NCBI GenBank assembly: GCA_002104905.1
Contig: MCFE01000195.1
Coordinates: 70,454 to 134,453 of the forward strand
Direction of reading: 5' to 3'
Length of the DNA stretch: 64,000 nt
DNA from: Basidiobolus meristosporus CBS 931.73
Lineage: Eukaryota > Fungi > Basidiobolomycota
Positions 11,330 through 25,600 of the stretch are shown one piece after another; within the stretch, counting starts at the first letter, position 1, and each line of letters opens with the position of its first letter. The notes under the pieces are model-generated. The model was not told the DNA's origin, ran no database searches, and worked only from the letters and a program-made list of their open reading frames with translations. The position numbers and the translations under genes are program-made.

Positions 11330-13775
11330 CCTTGAGTATTCCACACATAGTTCAGATCAAAATAAACTATGGCCACCTGCTGACAAACTTCCACATATAT
11401 GCACACCCACTGCAATTGACACACTTCTATCACCTCAACTTAAGGCTTTTAGTGTGTCACTTGCAAAGTCACCATATACCTTGTATTGTGGCTAACATAT
11501 GCATCTTGCAAGAATATGCTTGGCTGGTGCCACTCTTGCCATGAATACCTCCAGATAATCCTCAAAGAGCTTTTAGTATTTAGCCACTTTATTCCTTCTC
11601 CCTGCTGGATTCTAGTACCCTTATAGGTGCAATCTGACTCTTGTGTTACAAGTCTTGGTATAAGAGTTGTAAAGGAATAGGGAGTTTAGCTAGTATTGTA
11701 TTCACTAAAACTTGAACTGATTTTTATTGAGGTTCCAGCAGCTCCTTATATACATTTTGCCAGATCAATTGCTGACTAATTGTATTTCCTAATGTAGGTT
11801 GTGGCTGATGACTCATTTGATTGCTTCATCATCACCCAATAAGATCCTACTTAATATATCTATTTCTGTCTGATAAGGATCTGCTGATTCATTTGCTGAC
11901 TAATGCTACTGATTTCATAGATAATACTGATATACTGATAACCTAAACATATACTAATTGATATGACTAAAAACTGATCTAACTTAAACATTCAAGCAGC
12001 CAATCATAACACTTGTATGTGTGAGTTTGGTACTGAACAGTGTAGAAGCTGTCTGGTGACCAAGAGAAACCCTGCATTCTTGCTAAATCTGTCCTAATAA
12101 AGATTACTTGCTTGTGTCACCCAACCCAACATGCATTACTCAACTCATTACCCATGCAATGCAGCTGCTTAGCTTCTTAATGCCATAAGCATAGATGTCT
12201 TCATGTGCACATCTGTTCTCTCTATTTTGCAACTCTTCCTGGCTGTCTGCCATGTGTCAACACATCACATCCATCCGTTGGTAGAAACAGCTATGGAAGT
12301 CCACTAGAATAACTACATGTCCAATTCACCTAGTTGTTGCATTTGTATAGTCGCATATGCATATGAATGTTGATTGGATCCCATGAGAAGTACTCTGGGT
12401 AGCCAATACTCTGTATTATCTTGTCAGTTCTTGCAAATCTCTCCAGTATCTCAAAGGGCACATTTAGCTTGAAATGGCCCATGTACAACTTGGTCATCAG
12501 TACAGGGATATTGATGAAAAGCAAATGCATTGCTCCTAGTGGAAAGCTTTTGCTCCAACAGATACCCTCTATTGTCAGTACCTCTGGTTTCCAATTAATT
12601 CCAAATTTCAGCCAATGGCTGATAGCCTACCAACTTTGCTGCAATTGCATGGTGACTTCTGTATGACATCACTGCAGGAAAATGATGTTTCTGATGTGGA
12701 TGTTTGGGTAATAATAATTTTTGTGAGTTAAGGAGTAAATCCCCAAGATCTCAAAGATTTGACAGTAATACTATCCAATGTGCCCAGAAAAGCTAGCTAA
12801 TTTGCTGATGGCTGGGATATATCCAACACAGATCATAGGATGCACTTTGATATGATGGGCATTTGGTAGTATCCTCCCGAAAAGCATACAAAGTTCATCC
12901 AGCTAAGGATACAGGTAGCTATCCAGGTTGGAGGGTGATATAGGCCCATACACCAACAAGACTACCATCAAATTTCTGCTCTGAAACTGCAAGATAAGCA
13001 GCAGTTTGAGACTGATGAGAATCAGTGGCCAGCAAGATTTGCTGGTAGAGTACTTGTTTCATGAGAGTACATCAGGTGCCAAGGCTAAGGCAAGGTCATA
13101 CATACCTTCAAAGTAGCCCCTGCTTCTTAGTTGCTTGAAATGTCTGCCATCAATTATATTCAAAATGCTTGCACTTAACTTATACTGATTGCAGTACTTT
13201 ATAGCTTCACAATATTTGTTGCACTGCATGTACTTCTTAAGACATGGTATTACTTGAATATATCTGGAGTGTGAACAATACTTTTCTCCAATGGTTGCGG
13301 ATTCCTGATAAGCTAGACACCTTGCAATGGTGGCACTTTCTGATGTAAATGCCATGTAACTGTTAACACATGCTGGTATCAGGACAGTCTTGGTGTTGTA
13401 TGCTGCCAGGCACATGACAGTTGCCCATGTGTACCATGTACATGATTGGTCAAATCCCATATTGATTTTGGCAAGAAGTAGTGGTAAATTCTCAAAGTCC
13501 CCATTACTGATATTAGTTGAAACATACCACCTCTCTAGCCACAACTTCACATCATTCACCAGTAAATGGATTACTGAGCTTACTTGACTCCATAAAGCAT
13601 CCTCTGCATTTGTTCAATGGGTGTTGTCTCATTGCATATTGGGACTTGACCAGGCTCATGCATGGTACTGATGTTAGGGGAGATAGGCTCACAATCCATC
13701 AGTGGGCCTTCATTTTCAGAGCTATTACTCTGCATGCCATATTCAGAAGGCTAAGGTGAGCCCAAAGTTATCACA
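11330..13775 (-). pseudogene. D2 Transposase_21-type transposase, decayed
   Basis: LIPACVNSYMAFT...YFEGMYDLALALA; MHLLFINIP; collinear with 59688-63147. Confidence 0.85.
11644..12011 (-). repeat. Gypsy A solo LTR
   Basis: 368 bp, a few differences from the A1 LTR; TSD CTTG/CTTG. Confidence 0.95.
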
Positions 13776-14256
13776 AGCCTACCTGACTCAGTTTGCGCCA
13801 GGTGACAAGTGCAATCAGGTGCAGTTATAAAAGTATCAAGTGGCTGGCAAGATATTGTTGATACAGTAGTGCCAGATGAATGGTCAAATATGACTTGTGT
13901 GGCAAAACACTGGCCACAATCCTTGCAATACTTCCTATGCTGCCTGCATGGTTCATTGCTTAGATGCTTGTTACAAAAGCCACATGGTCATGTTTCTCTT
14001 CTCTTATGTTGTTGAATCAATGTAGTCTTGTCCATGGGGCAAACAGTTTGACACCCAACAATGTAATGCTATTATACTACTTATTGGTCAGTACTCATGT
14101 AAATTTAAGACAGTCTTGTATTTGAGTCCTTGCACCAACTTGAATGTTCAATTCAATGATGACCCTCCATAGGAGGTATTATAGATAAAGTTGTAGCACC
14201 AAATACACATGTATATATAGCTCTATTTCCCTTTGGTTTGACTCACTTCCATATAT

Positions 14257-16133
14257 ATGCTGCCAAGAAATAAAGCAAAGTTGTCTAATTCCTAACCAAC
14301 CCTCACTTTTGAAAGTAGCAGAGGTGTGGTTGAATAACTGCTTGCTCTGACATTCAGTGCAACTACCACGGCTACATTCAAAAAAGGCCAGCTTGGCAGT
14401 GTGCTCACTGTAGGTAATAATGCAGACTCCTGAGGCTCTCAGTCAAGCAGTCAATTGAAAATCTCTGCAGAGCTGCAGGCTGACCATAGTGTTCAGGCAG
14501 ATTAGAATGTAGCACAAGCAACACCTTTGGTTGGATACAAGTAAGTGGCTGCCATACATCATCACCACCCATATTAGCTACTATATTGCCAGCTTATACC
14601 AAAGCATTAATGTAGCCATCAGGTGCAGTAGCCCATAGGATAGTATGTGAAGGCCCTGGGAAATTACAATATAGTCCAGAATCAGGATGAGTGGATAATA
14701 TGTGTAGAGCAATCAATATCACAGGCAGAGAAGGCAGTATCTTTGCTGCAAAGAAGAAACCCAAGTAGCTTGGTGTCACAGTCAAGAGTTGAGCCATTTT
14801 GTATGTAACAGCAAGGGAACACAGTCTTTGAAGCACACCAACAGTGGCCAAAGATAAAGCCCACAGAAAAGCCTATCACAGCATGGTAGGGAGAGATTGT
14901 AGATTCTATTACAAAGCCTAAAAATCAAAAGACATTGAAGATCTTTAAGGCTGTAGAGTGCAATGATCAAGAGTGGGCAAATATCTAAGAAGCCATAAGA
15001 AGCCTAGCCTGCCATTACCTTAAGGCTGGCATACCTTGAGACCATCAGTAATTCAAGGCCAAGCCAGATGTGGTTGACTAGTTCCATGAGTATTATCCTA
15101 GATTAAAACAAGCAAACAAATCTTGGGCCAGCATTTTGATGCTAAGAAAGTGTCTCAAGAAGAGCAGAAACTATCAAAGGCACAAGTACAAGGGTGTAGT
15201 GGCTAAAATCCAGTGGCTTTCTCAAGAGCCTGTTACAAGGAGGGCCAAACATACTAACAAGAATCAAAGATGCATCAGGTAGTGAGAAGAGTGCCAAAAA
15301 GGGACAGGTAGGCAAACACAGATGGAATATCATATCATTAATCAAGGAAAAGGTGTTGTTCCATCAAAGAAGCACTTGTTCATTGAAGTACCTGGCAGTG
15401 ATAGAAGTCAGCAGATTCCTTAGGAGCCTGACAAAACAAGGGCTTAAAGCTCAAAACAAGCAGCAAGAAAATGTCAGATTGTCAGTAGAGTGCCAGTAAG
15501 GGGCATGCCGGCCAAAGCAAACACATCAGAGCAGTATTTATCAAGGAGAAAACATAGCTCAATACAAGAAGCACTCAGACACATTAGCTGTGAAAGACCC
15601 AGCAGTGATAGAGCAATGGTTGTATAGAGAAAGGTCTGCCCAAGCTAGGGGTAGGGAAGTATAAGTTAAAAGCTTCTGCTCCTGCCAATTAATGACATTA
15701 GCCTGGAACAGGTAAAATCCCAACATAGCCAAGAAGAATTACCAATAAGACAAAAGCTGTTTTCACAAGAGTTGGAAGTGCCATCAGTTGAGCTATACTC
15801 CAGTGAGGTAGATGAGTTTGCAGAGAAAGGCAACTTGTCTACCACAACCTCCATGTCCTGCATTGTAAATAGGGTATAGATTGTGCCAACAGACATAGGA
15901 ACAATATCAAGAATTCAAAAGAGTGTCATAATTACTACAGTGGAATTTTAGAACATTAATAGGCACACCAAAAGGTGCAGCACTTCTTCAAGAGCAGTGC
16001 TCAAGAAAATACACTTGAAGATTGCAAGGATCTATTGCAATGACTGACAGATGAGGTTCCAGACCTTGTAGTACCAGCTGAAGACCAGGTTGAATGGGGC
16101 CCAATGAATGAACAGTGGTATAAAGCTCTAAAA
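14257..16133 (+). pseudogene. D2 ORF1 (divergent accessory gene), decayed
   Basis: Starts ATGCTGCCAAGAAATAAAGC (D7: MPPKNKAK); homologous to reverse complement of ~57300-59201. Confidence 0.8.
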
Positions 16134-16560
16134 CCCATGAGAAGTTATTGTGATGATTCTTTCAAAAGACTGTTATAAACTTAATATCCTGTGACTAAGA
16201 GGTATTGTTCCCTTCAGTACACTGTGCAAAGACTGTCAAAAACTAAATTATACCACAATTTTGCAGAAAACTTAGTCAAAATTTCTCATTCCAACAATAC
16301 CAAAGTGGCTTTTGATTGATTCTCTGCCAATTCTCTCACTTTCTGATCCTGGTGACTCTATCACCTCCTATATTTGCATGCATTCATTGGCTATTGCCTC
16401 TTTTATACACTCTTTGTTTCCTGACTTAGTTGTTTCTCTTACTTTTGATGCATACATATGGAGATATTGCTGTTGAAGCTCGAGTTGTACCTCAATTGCC
16501 AATTGTACTAGCCTATACAAGTCCCCAATCTGACACTCTACAACACTATCTGGCGCTCTA
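16134..16560 (+). mobile_element. Left end of another D copy (D8), inserted in D2 ORF1; probably continuous with D3
   Basis: CCCATGAGAAGTTATTGTGATGAT resembles the D7 left TIR; minus-strand ORF DLYRLVQLAIEVQL...KECIKEAIAN matches the D7 ORF1 C-terminus. Confidence 0.7.
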
Positions 16561-16652
16561 ATTTCTATCATTATGCCAGTGGTAGGACACAGTTACTGGT
16601 ATTTCTATGCAATCTTACTTATCTTGCTCACAATAGTGCATTTCTTGCTTTT

Positions 16653-17036
16653 TTACTCTGTATAATGCTCCTGACACATTTGTCTCAGTGGATAGCTTCT
16701 TATATGAGTATACTGTACATCAATAAGTATCATATATATTTTACATGTTCTGCTGTGTTGTTCCATATATGATTTTCCTCTGAATTTATCTGTCAATATG
16801 CTGGATCTCTTTAGATATCCAAATGTATGCTCCACTCTCACTCTGAAATGATTAAGTATCTTGTTGTTGAGCTTCAGCTTCTTGCTTAGTACTCCATTCC
16901 TTGGCTTCTTATAAGCTTTGATACATGCTGATCTCTGACAATCCTTTCCTATATAAGCTAAGTCTGTCATACACTTCTCCCCTCCACAGAATTCTGGATG
17001 ATTCTCTACCAATTGTGCTTTGTCATTTTGGTCCAC
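16653..17036 (-). pseudogene. DDE_Tnp_4 (IS5/Harbinger-type) transposase C-terminal fragment
   Basis: DLAYIG...YKKPRNGVL...NKILNHFRVRVEHTFGYLKRSSILTDKFR. Confidence 0.8.
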
Positions 17037-17556
17037 AGTACTTGGTGTAGATCTCCTCTAATGTGTCAAACAGACACTCAGTGTTAGTGATGACATTGCT
17101 GAGAACCATTCAGATGAGTGAGTCATATCAAAACTGGTATCTGATTGGGCAGAGGTGATATGAATTGATTTGGTGCACTCAGCTTAGTTTATCTGATTTT
17201 CCATTCATTATAATTAAATTTCATTCATTTGCCATTTATGCCATCATTATGACACGTGTATCATCCCTAAACAATGGCTTGGTGACGGTGTTGATGAATT
17301 ACTCACAGGTCTATGATCAAATTGGAAATCTGCAATTGATGTGATGTGATTCATGTCAATACAATCTTAGACGCTTCATCCATAATATATGGAAAATTCA
17401 ACAAACACTTTAATATTAATATATATATCATATAAGACCAGGTTGATGCCAGTATACCACTGTGAAAGTATCCAAATCTATAACTATGGTCCCTATACCA
17501 TGCATCAACTCATCTCTAATACAGCACAGACAAAACCCATCCACTAGCTCACAAGC

Positions 17557-17931
17557 ATGGTCCAAACCAGTAAAGTAATATTGGATCTGTTTGAGCACTT
17601 GCCAAATGTGTTTAGCATGGCCCAAGTGTCAATGATGAGCCTTCATGCAGATATATGGTCACTACGCATTAATGTAGCAGAATTGGATACCACAGAGAGC
17701 CAACAGAGATGGAAGAAACCAAGTAAAAAGCTGTAGCATGAGTTCTACATTGAGATGCCAGTAGATGTATATCAAAAGATACATAACCAGACAAGTATTG
17801 CAGTCAAGAATGAGCTGAGAGTGAGGAAGTTTGATGAGGAAGGCATGTGCAAAATATTTGCATGTAACTTGCACAGTATGGGCAAGATGCATCTGTTTGT
17901 GCCTCAACTCTGGGAACAACAGAGATCTTGA
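17557..17931 (+). pseudogene. Possible second ORF of P1 (125 codons, one internal TAG), unknown function
   Basis: My translation: MVQTSKVILDLFEH...QQRWKKPSKKL*HEFYIEMPVD...; divergent from the transposase. Confidence 0.3.
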
Positions 17932-19480
17932 ATTAGCTTTTGCCTTGAATGACTAATCTACTACATGATATATTAGTAGAGCTGAGTGGCTTCCAAAAGC
18001 AATACACACAAGACTCATCAAGGTAACAGTTCCAAAGTATCAGACAGAGGGCAAGTGAGTACCTTGAGGGGTCAGAAGGCTTACAACAAGAGGAAGAATA
18101 CAGACCTCAAGCAACTGCCTCTAGATTGTGCCAGCATGCCATGCTGGATTCCTTACCATCTTCTGCAATGTTGGCATGCTGGCACATGTCAGTCCAATCT
18201 ACACAAACTCCCTCACAAGAACACCCTTCATTGAGTCAATGTGTGTGAGATCAATGTAAGCAATGCAGAACAAAACCACCAGTACTCACCTAACTGCTCA
18301 TTTAGAAACTAGTCCATTGGAGCAGGCCAAGTCATGTCAGCATGTAACATCACATTGAACTCAGTTAAGAGCTATGCCAATGCATCAAGTTGTGTCTGCA
18401 CATGCTGGCACACCTGAATATCAGCAAGTTACTTCTGATGAGCTCACTGACAGTTACCTATAAGAAGTGCCCCCACCTCCAGAGACTTTAGCATAAGAAA
18501 AAATTAAAAGAATGCGTCAGCACATGGCACTTCAGGCTGGTTTGGTTATGTAGTCTGGAGCAATTCAGCGTAGCCAAGCTCTAGCATTTCACTCATCAAC
18601 TAAGAGACAAAATACTGACTACAAGTACACAAGTGGCTAAGATGATAGTCAACAAGGGAGTAGCTCAGGTGTGCAAAGTGAATCACTACCAAATGCCTCA
18701 GTAGTAATCCATGTGAGAGTAAATTCTAGGAGAATACAATGTGATTGCATTGAACTATTACCATTTATAAAGATCTAGATAACACATCTTTTTTTGCAAT
18801 CCAGATTGTGCCATCCCAAATCAGTGATTACTAGATTTTTGTTATAAGTAATATCAAGGTCACCTTACATTTGCCACAGAGCCCCTATAATAAACACCCT
18901 GCAGATGTATATATAGTCTATAACACCAGTGCAGCTACTTGTTCTGACTTGCACCTACACAATTGGTAGAATGCTTGCTATGACACCTTGTCAGATCACT
19001 AAGATCAAGGATTCACTTGCTTAATGGGGACAATAACTTTTTGGTGGCAATCATGTTACTTGTGTACTGGTCAATGAGCCATTTGGGGGTAAAGAGCTTC
19101 AGGATACTTTTTTACCAATCAGCCATTAACATACCATCCAAATGGAGTGATGGTAACCAAAATGGTGAGTATCAGTGAAATTTATACAGTGATAGGCATT
19201 TATTTTGATTTACATTAAAAAAATGTATTCAAATACTGATTTTTACCTAGCACAATAGGGGTATCCAGTTGCACATGTTATGCTAACATTACAAGTGGGT
19301 GTCATCATCTGTGCCAACCTCATTGTATCAGATTGTGCCATAGCATGCAAGATTGTCCCACATAGTGCAAAATTGTCTCACAGCAATCCTGCCTACTGGT
19401 AGCTACAATACCGCACCTGATCATTCTTCACAACTGCGGATTGCACCACACACCTTGGCATGGAACAAAGGAACAAGTCT

Positions 19481-22400
19481 AATTAGTATGTCTCCTACTA
19501 CACTCTGTTTCCATGACTTTGGCAGGAACCCTACGGCTTTATGCCACTGTGCATTCACCAGTTCTCGTACATCCTAGTCTTCAGCCAGCACTAAAAGGTC
19601 CAGAACTGCATCTGCCAGTCATTGCAACAAATCCTTGTAATATTAAAGTGCATTTTCTTGATTACTGCTGTAGAAGAAGTATTGACACCTCTTGGTATAT
19701 CTATTGATGTCCCAAAATTCCACTGAAGGCAATGTGATAATCCTTTGAGTTCTTGACATCAATACTTAGTCTATTGGTGGGATCTCCACTGTGCCAACAA
19801 TGGAGGAAATGGAGGCTGTTGAAGATAAATTGCCATCCTCTGCATACTCCTCTACCTCACTGGGGTGTGGCCCAACTGCCTGCACTTCCTACTCTTGTGA
19901 CAGCAGCTGTTTTCTTTTTGGTACTCAATGGCTATGATAAAATTCAACTTGCTCTGGGCTTAAGGCGTTAGTTAGCAAGAACTACTCCTTCTTTCTCATG
20001 CTTCCCTGTCTCTGGCTTGGATAGACTTTTTCCCTTTGCATTTTGCTTATCAGCACCAGGTCTCTCACTACTATTTTATCTGAGTGCTTTTGTAATGAAC
20101 TATATCTTATCCTTGATAAATGTTGTTCTGATGCATTTTTTTTGGCCAGCTTGTCCCTTGCAGGCACTCTGTGGTCAATCTGACACTTTGTTCATGCTTA
20201 TTTAGAGCTCTCAGCCCATGCTGTGATAGGCTCCTGAGGTAGCAACAGGCTTTATCACTGCCAGGTCCTTCAGTGCTGTATTGACTGTGTGCTTCTTGAG
20301 AGGAAGTACACTTCTCCCTTAGTAAATGTTGTGCTGGTGTATCTGTGTCTGCCTGCTTTCCTTGTATTAGCACCCCCTAGCTACCTGATGTCTCTTTGCT
20401 GCTTGTTTGAAGCTTTTGGCCCTAATTGTTGCTAGCTCTGGAGGAAGCTGCTGGTTTTTGGCCAATGCACCCTTGTTCTTCTGCCTTTAGTAGTTTCTGC
20501 TATCCTTGAGATACTCTCAAAGCATACCTATGCTGGCCCAAAATCAATTTGCTAGTTTGCATCCAGGATAATGCTCATTAAAGAAGTCAAGCAAATTCTG
20601 CTTGGCCTTTAGTTCCTGATGGTCCTATGGTATGCAAGCCTTAGATGTTGGCATGTTAGACTTCTAACAGCTTCTTGAATATTCAGTCCAGTCCTCCTCA
20701 TTGCACTCAACAACTTCACAGATCTTCAATGCCATTTGATTTTTAGGCTTTGGTATAAGCCCTACATAATCTCTGCCTCATGCTGTAATTGGGTTTTCTG
20801 TGAATCTCATTGTTGCACACTGTTGTTGTGCCTCAAAGACTTTACATTGTTCCCCTGCTATTGCATCAAGATATGGCTGAGCTCTTGGCTGTGACACTAA
20901 GCTACTTGAACTCCTTCTTTGCAGCAAAGATATTGCTTTCTTAAGCTGGGATATTGACTGCTCTACACTTATTATCTGTACACACTGTCTTAGGACTATT
21001 TCATGATTTCCCTGGATTATTTCATCTATCCTATCAGCCACTGCACCTGGTTGCCTATTAATGCTTTGGTATAAGCTGGCAACATACTTGTTGATACTGG
21101 TGGTGGTGATTTTATGATAGCCACATGGTGGTCTTCAACTGAAGATACTACCTTTGATACATACTCTTCTGCCTCAGCATTATGGTCAGCTTGCAGCTCC
21201 ACAAAAATTCCAAATTGCCCACTTGACCAAGAGCCTGAGGAGGTTGCATCATTACCTTCATTGGGTGCACTGTCAAGAGGGTCTTATTTGGTTGTATCCA
21301 CTCATCTGGCACTGAACGTCAAAGTAAGCTGTTGTTCAAGTGCTCTACTGCTGCTATCAGTGGTGAGGTTTAGCTGAGAGCAAAACAACTTTGTGTTATT
21401 TTTTGGTGGCAAATATATGGAAGTGTGTCAAGCCACAAGGGTAATAGTGTAACATCTGTTCTTCTGCTGCTGTCAGTGGTGGAGTTGGGTTGGGAACCAG
21501 ACAACTTTGCCTTATTTCTTGGTGGCATATATATGGAAGTGAGTAAAACTAAAGGGCAAATAGTGTTACATATATGTGGGTATATGGTGCCACAACTTTA
21601 TTGAGAATGCTTACCATGGTGGGTAATCATTGAATCTTACACTCAAGTAGGTGCAATGTCTCATATACAAGACTGTCTTAAATTCACATGAGTATTAGCC
21701 AAAAAGTGATATAATAGTGTTACATTGTTGAAGGTCAAACTGTTTACCCTGTGGACAACACTTCTTTGATTCAATGCCATAAAAGTAGAGAAAAAAACCA
21801 TGTGGCTATTGTAGCAAGCCTCTCAGTCATAAAGCATAAAGACACAATAGGAGGTATTACAAGGATCACAGCCAGTGCTTTGCCACACAAGTCATATTTG
21901 ACAAGTCATCAGTCACTACTGTGCCAACATTATCTGACCAGTCAGTTGATACTTCTATATGGGCACCTGACCATTGTGGAAGGGTAAAAATACCTCCCAC
22001 AGACAAGTTTATACAGATAGCTGTTATGATGCACTTATCCGTATTTTATCTTGTCAGTATTATCCCTTTCTTCTTTTGGCCATATTATCAGTATTTTCCC
22101 CATATGATATTTACCCTGATTAGTTATTAGCATTAGTTATCCCAGATGTTATTCAGCTTTGCAATCAGTCTATGTATCTACATTAGGCAAATACCCGCAT
22201 CAATATACATAAGAAATGACCTAAGTTTGTGTTACCATCTAAGCTAGAGAAGTAGAAGCTTTTACCATAGTGACATATTGACAAAGACACCAGCAGCTTA
22301 GACCCAGAGGTTATTGCACCCATCAGACATCTTACACACCTTGAGTAGTGTAACTTCTCCCAAGAGTACCTCTACACCACCATATTGTCATTGTAACCTT

Positions 22401-22681
22401 GTACAGATTGAGTCAGGTGTGTATGTGATGCCTTTAGGCTCACCTCAGCCTTCTCTATATGGCATGCAGAATGATAGCTCTGACAAAGAAGTCTTATTGA
22501 AGGACTGTGAGCCTATCCCCCCTAACAACAATACCATGCATGAGCCCAGTCAAATCTCAATAAGCTATGAGAGAGCACCCATTGCAACAAATGCCAAGGA
22601 TACATTATGGAGCCAAATGAGCCCAGTAATTCATCCACTGGTGAATGATGTAATGCTGTGGCTAGAGAAGTGGCATGTTTC
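19481..22681 (+). mobile_element. Family D copy D3 (ORF1 on minus ~19484-21528; transposase 5' end on plus ~22428-22681, cut by gypsy A3)
   Basis: Collinear with 57270-59940; MPLGSPQPS...LWSQMSPVIHPLVNDVMLWLEK. Confidence 0.85.
21975..22384 (+). repeat. Diverged LTR-C-related solo LTR in D3
   Basis: Starts TGTGG; 3' end CCAGAGGTTATTGCACCC...ACACCACCATA resembles the LTR-C end; absent from D2 and D7. Confidence 0.5.
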
Positions 22682-25600
22682 TGTTATGATCTGCCACTTG
22701 TATATTTAAGTTAGATCAGTTGTTAGTCAAATCAATTAGTTATAGGTTTAAGTTATCAGTATATCAGTATTATCTATCAAATCAGTAGCATTAGTCTGCA
22801 AATGAATCAGCAGATCCTTATTAGACAGAAATAGATATAATAGGTAGGATCTTATTGGGTGATAATGATGCAATCAAATGAGTCATCAGCCACAGCCTAC
22901 ATTGGGAAGTACAATTAGTCAGCAATTGATCTGGCAAAATGTATATAAGGAGCTGCTGGAATCTCAATAAAGATCAGTTCAAGTTTTAGTAAATACAATA
23001 CTAGCTAGACTCCCTAGTCCTCTACAACTCTTATACCAAGACTTGTATCATTGGTAGCAGCAATAATCAGAAACATCCCCCCTGAAGAAAGAAGAAGCCT
23101 CCCTCAAGATGTCCAAAAATCAAGAATAGAAGAATGCTATGCAACAAGTCCTGGCTCAGCAGCAACAGTTACTCCAGACCCTTAGCCAGCAGCAACAAGG
23201 AATGACTACCATGGCCCAAAGCCAGCAAAACCCTGTCAAGAGCAACTTTAGTGTGAAGGTCAACTGGTACCATGGCAGAGTCAATGAGAATGTGGGAACT
23301 TGGCTCTTCCAGATTGAAGAAGCTTTCAAGGCTAAGGGAATTGCTCCAGAAAGCAAGTTACATTATGCAGCCTCTTACCTGGCAAACACAGCTTTACAGT
23401 GGTACCACAACAAGATCAGGTCAGCCACCATGATGGGATGCTCTACTATTTCTACCTGGGATGAGTTTGTGTTGGAAATTCTGGATGTCTTTGAGCCCCC
23501 ACACCAGCAGACACTACTAAGAAGAGAGTTGAAGACACTCAGGCAGAAAGGAATGGTCCAAGAGTACATCTATGAATATAGATGTCTACTTGGGCAAATT
23601 GAAAGAATGGACCCTCTGGATCAAGTTGAATACTTTATTGATGGGTTGAAAAAAAGAACTTGTAATGAAGTGAATTATCAAAGACCTCATACTATTGAAG
23701 AAGCCATCAAGATTGCCATTGACTATGACTCAGCTATGTTTGGAGCTGGGAAGCCCACAATGACTAATCACAGAGGCTACAATCACTATGAATGAAGACA
23801 ATTAGAAGCAGTGCCAATGGAAATAGATGCTATGCAGAAGGATCCTACCTCAGACAAATGTAAGAAGAAAGGACTTTGCTTCAATTGCCACCAGCAGGGA
23901 CATATTGCAAAGTACTGCCCTCAGAGAAGAAATGGACACCAGCCATCAAGAACCTTTAACCATATTGAAGACATGGAGCATAGTAACATGGAGGATGAAC
24001 TTCAAGAAGACTCAGAACTCACCTTCCATATGACTGAAGAATTCCTATCCCAGATGACCACAAACTCAGGAAAGCTATTATACTTGAATGGAGTAATCAA
24101 TGGAGCACCTGCCATGATCATGATTGACTCAGGAGCATTGCATGAGTACATGTCAGAGCAACTCAATTTGAAAGCTGGAATCAACTCAGAACCCACCAAA
24201 TCAACTTCAGTCTCAACAGCTGATGGGAACTCTCACATAATCAACCGTATTACTCAGCCAGTAAGGATGAAGATCAATGACTATGAAGAAAATCTACAGG
24301 CCTATATATTTGGGAACTGCAAGTTTGACCTTGTACTTGGGAAAACCAGGCTATTTTATTGTAATCCATCAATCAACTGGACAATCATGCTACTCAGATC
24401 CAGAAGCACAACAAGACCTATGAGCTATTACCTGCCAGACTGGATTTTAACTTGGTCAATTCCAGTGTGTGTGAAACAAGTGAACTGAGCAAGGCACAGT
24501 TCTGTAGGGCACTAAGAAAAGGCACCCAGATGTTCCTGATGGCAGTATTACAGGAGAATTCCTCTACTCCAGTACCCCAGAAGGTCCAGACTCTTTTGAA
24601 AGAATATTCAGACGTATTTCCAGAAGAGCTTGCAAGCCTACCACTAGTCAGAGACATGGATCATGCCATTGAAGCAGGAGATAGCCCTCCAGTGAGTAAT
24701 ACACCTTACAGAATGAGTCCATTGGAGTTGGAAGAGATGAAGAGACAAATAGTTCAGTTACTGGAGCAAGGATAAATCCAACCCAGCAAGTCACCTTGGG
24801 GAGCACCAGTACTTTTGGTGAAGAAGAAGGATGGAACACTTAGCATGTACATTGACTACAGAGCCCTAAACTCAGTTACTGTGAAGAATAAATACCCCAT
24901 ACCTTGGATTGATGCGCTCTTGGACCAACTCAATGGAGCCACTATTTTCAACAAGATTGACCTCATGTCAGGATACAACCAAATCAGGGTGAAGCCTGAA
25001 GACATCCCTAAGACAGCATTCAGAACCAGATATGGACATTACAAGTACTTAGTCATGAGTTTTGGCCTCACCAATGCCCCTGCAACATTCATGACCTTGA
25101 TGCAGACTGTCTTCCAGGAGTACTTAGACAAGTTTGTCATAATCTGCCTAGAAGATATGTTGATATACAGCAAGACAGAAGAGGATCACTTGGTGCACAC
25201 TGAAAAGGTCTTGAAGAAGCTAAGAGAGAACAAGCTTTATGGCAAGTTACCTAAGTGTGAATTCTTCAAGGAACATGTTGAATATCTGGGACACAGCGTG
25301 ACTAGCACAGGAGTAACCTTAGACCCAAAGAAGGTTGAAGTTATCAAGAATCTGAAGCAGCCCCATAGCATATCAGAGCTCATATCATTCCTTGGAATGG
25401 TTTACTATTATTGGAGATTTGTCAAGTCCTTTGCAAGTATTGCAGCCCCTTTAACTGATATCCTCAAGAAAGACAATACCTACAAGTGGGACATAGCTTG
25501 TGAAACTGCCTTCCAGACACTCAAGAATGAACTTGCTAAGCTGCCAAGCTTAAGAATACCTGACTTCAGACAAGAGTTTACTCTGTGCACAGATGCTTCA

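Larger units (their letters stand above)
5914..16133 (-). mobile_element. Family D EnSpm/CACTA-like transposon copy D2 (right TIR at 5914; hosts gypsy A1 and a solo LTR; far end replaced by another D insertion)
   Basis: CCCTATGAAGAATAATCTGGTCCTGCA at 5914 matches the D7 right end; collinear with reverse-complemented D7 once nested LTR elements are removed. Confidence 0.8.
16561..19480. mobile_element. PIF/Harbinger-superfamily (PHIS, Pangu-like) element P1; left terminus not found
   Basis: Right TIR GGAACAAGTCT ends at 19480 followed by AAT; GGCAC-type subterminal repeats at ~19300-19460; DDE_Tnp_4 fragment inside. Confidence 0.65.
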
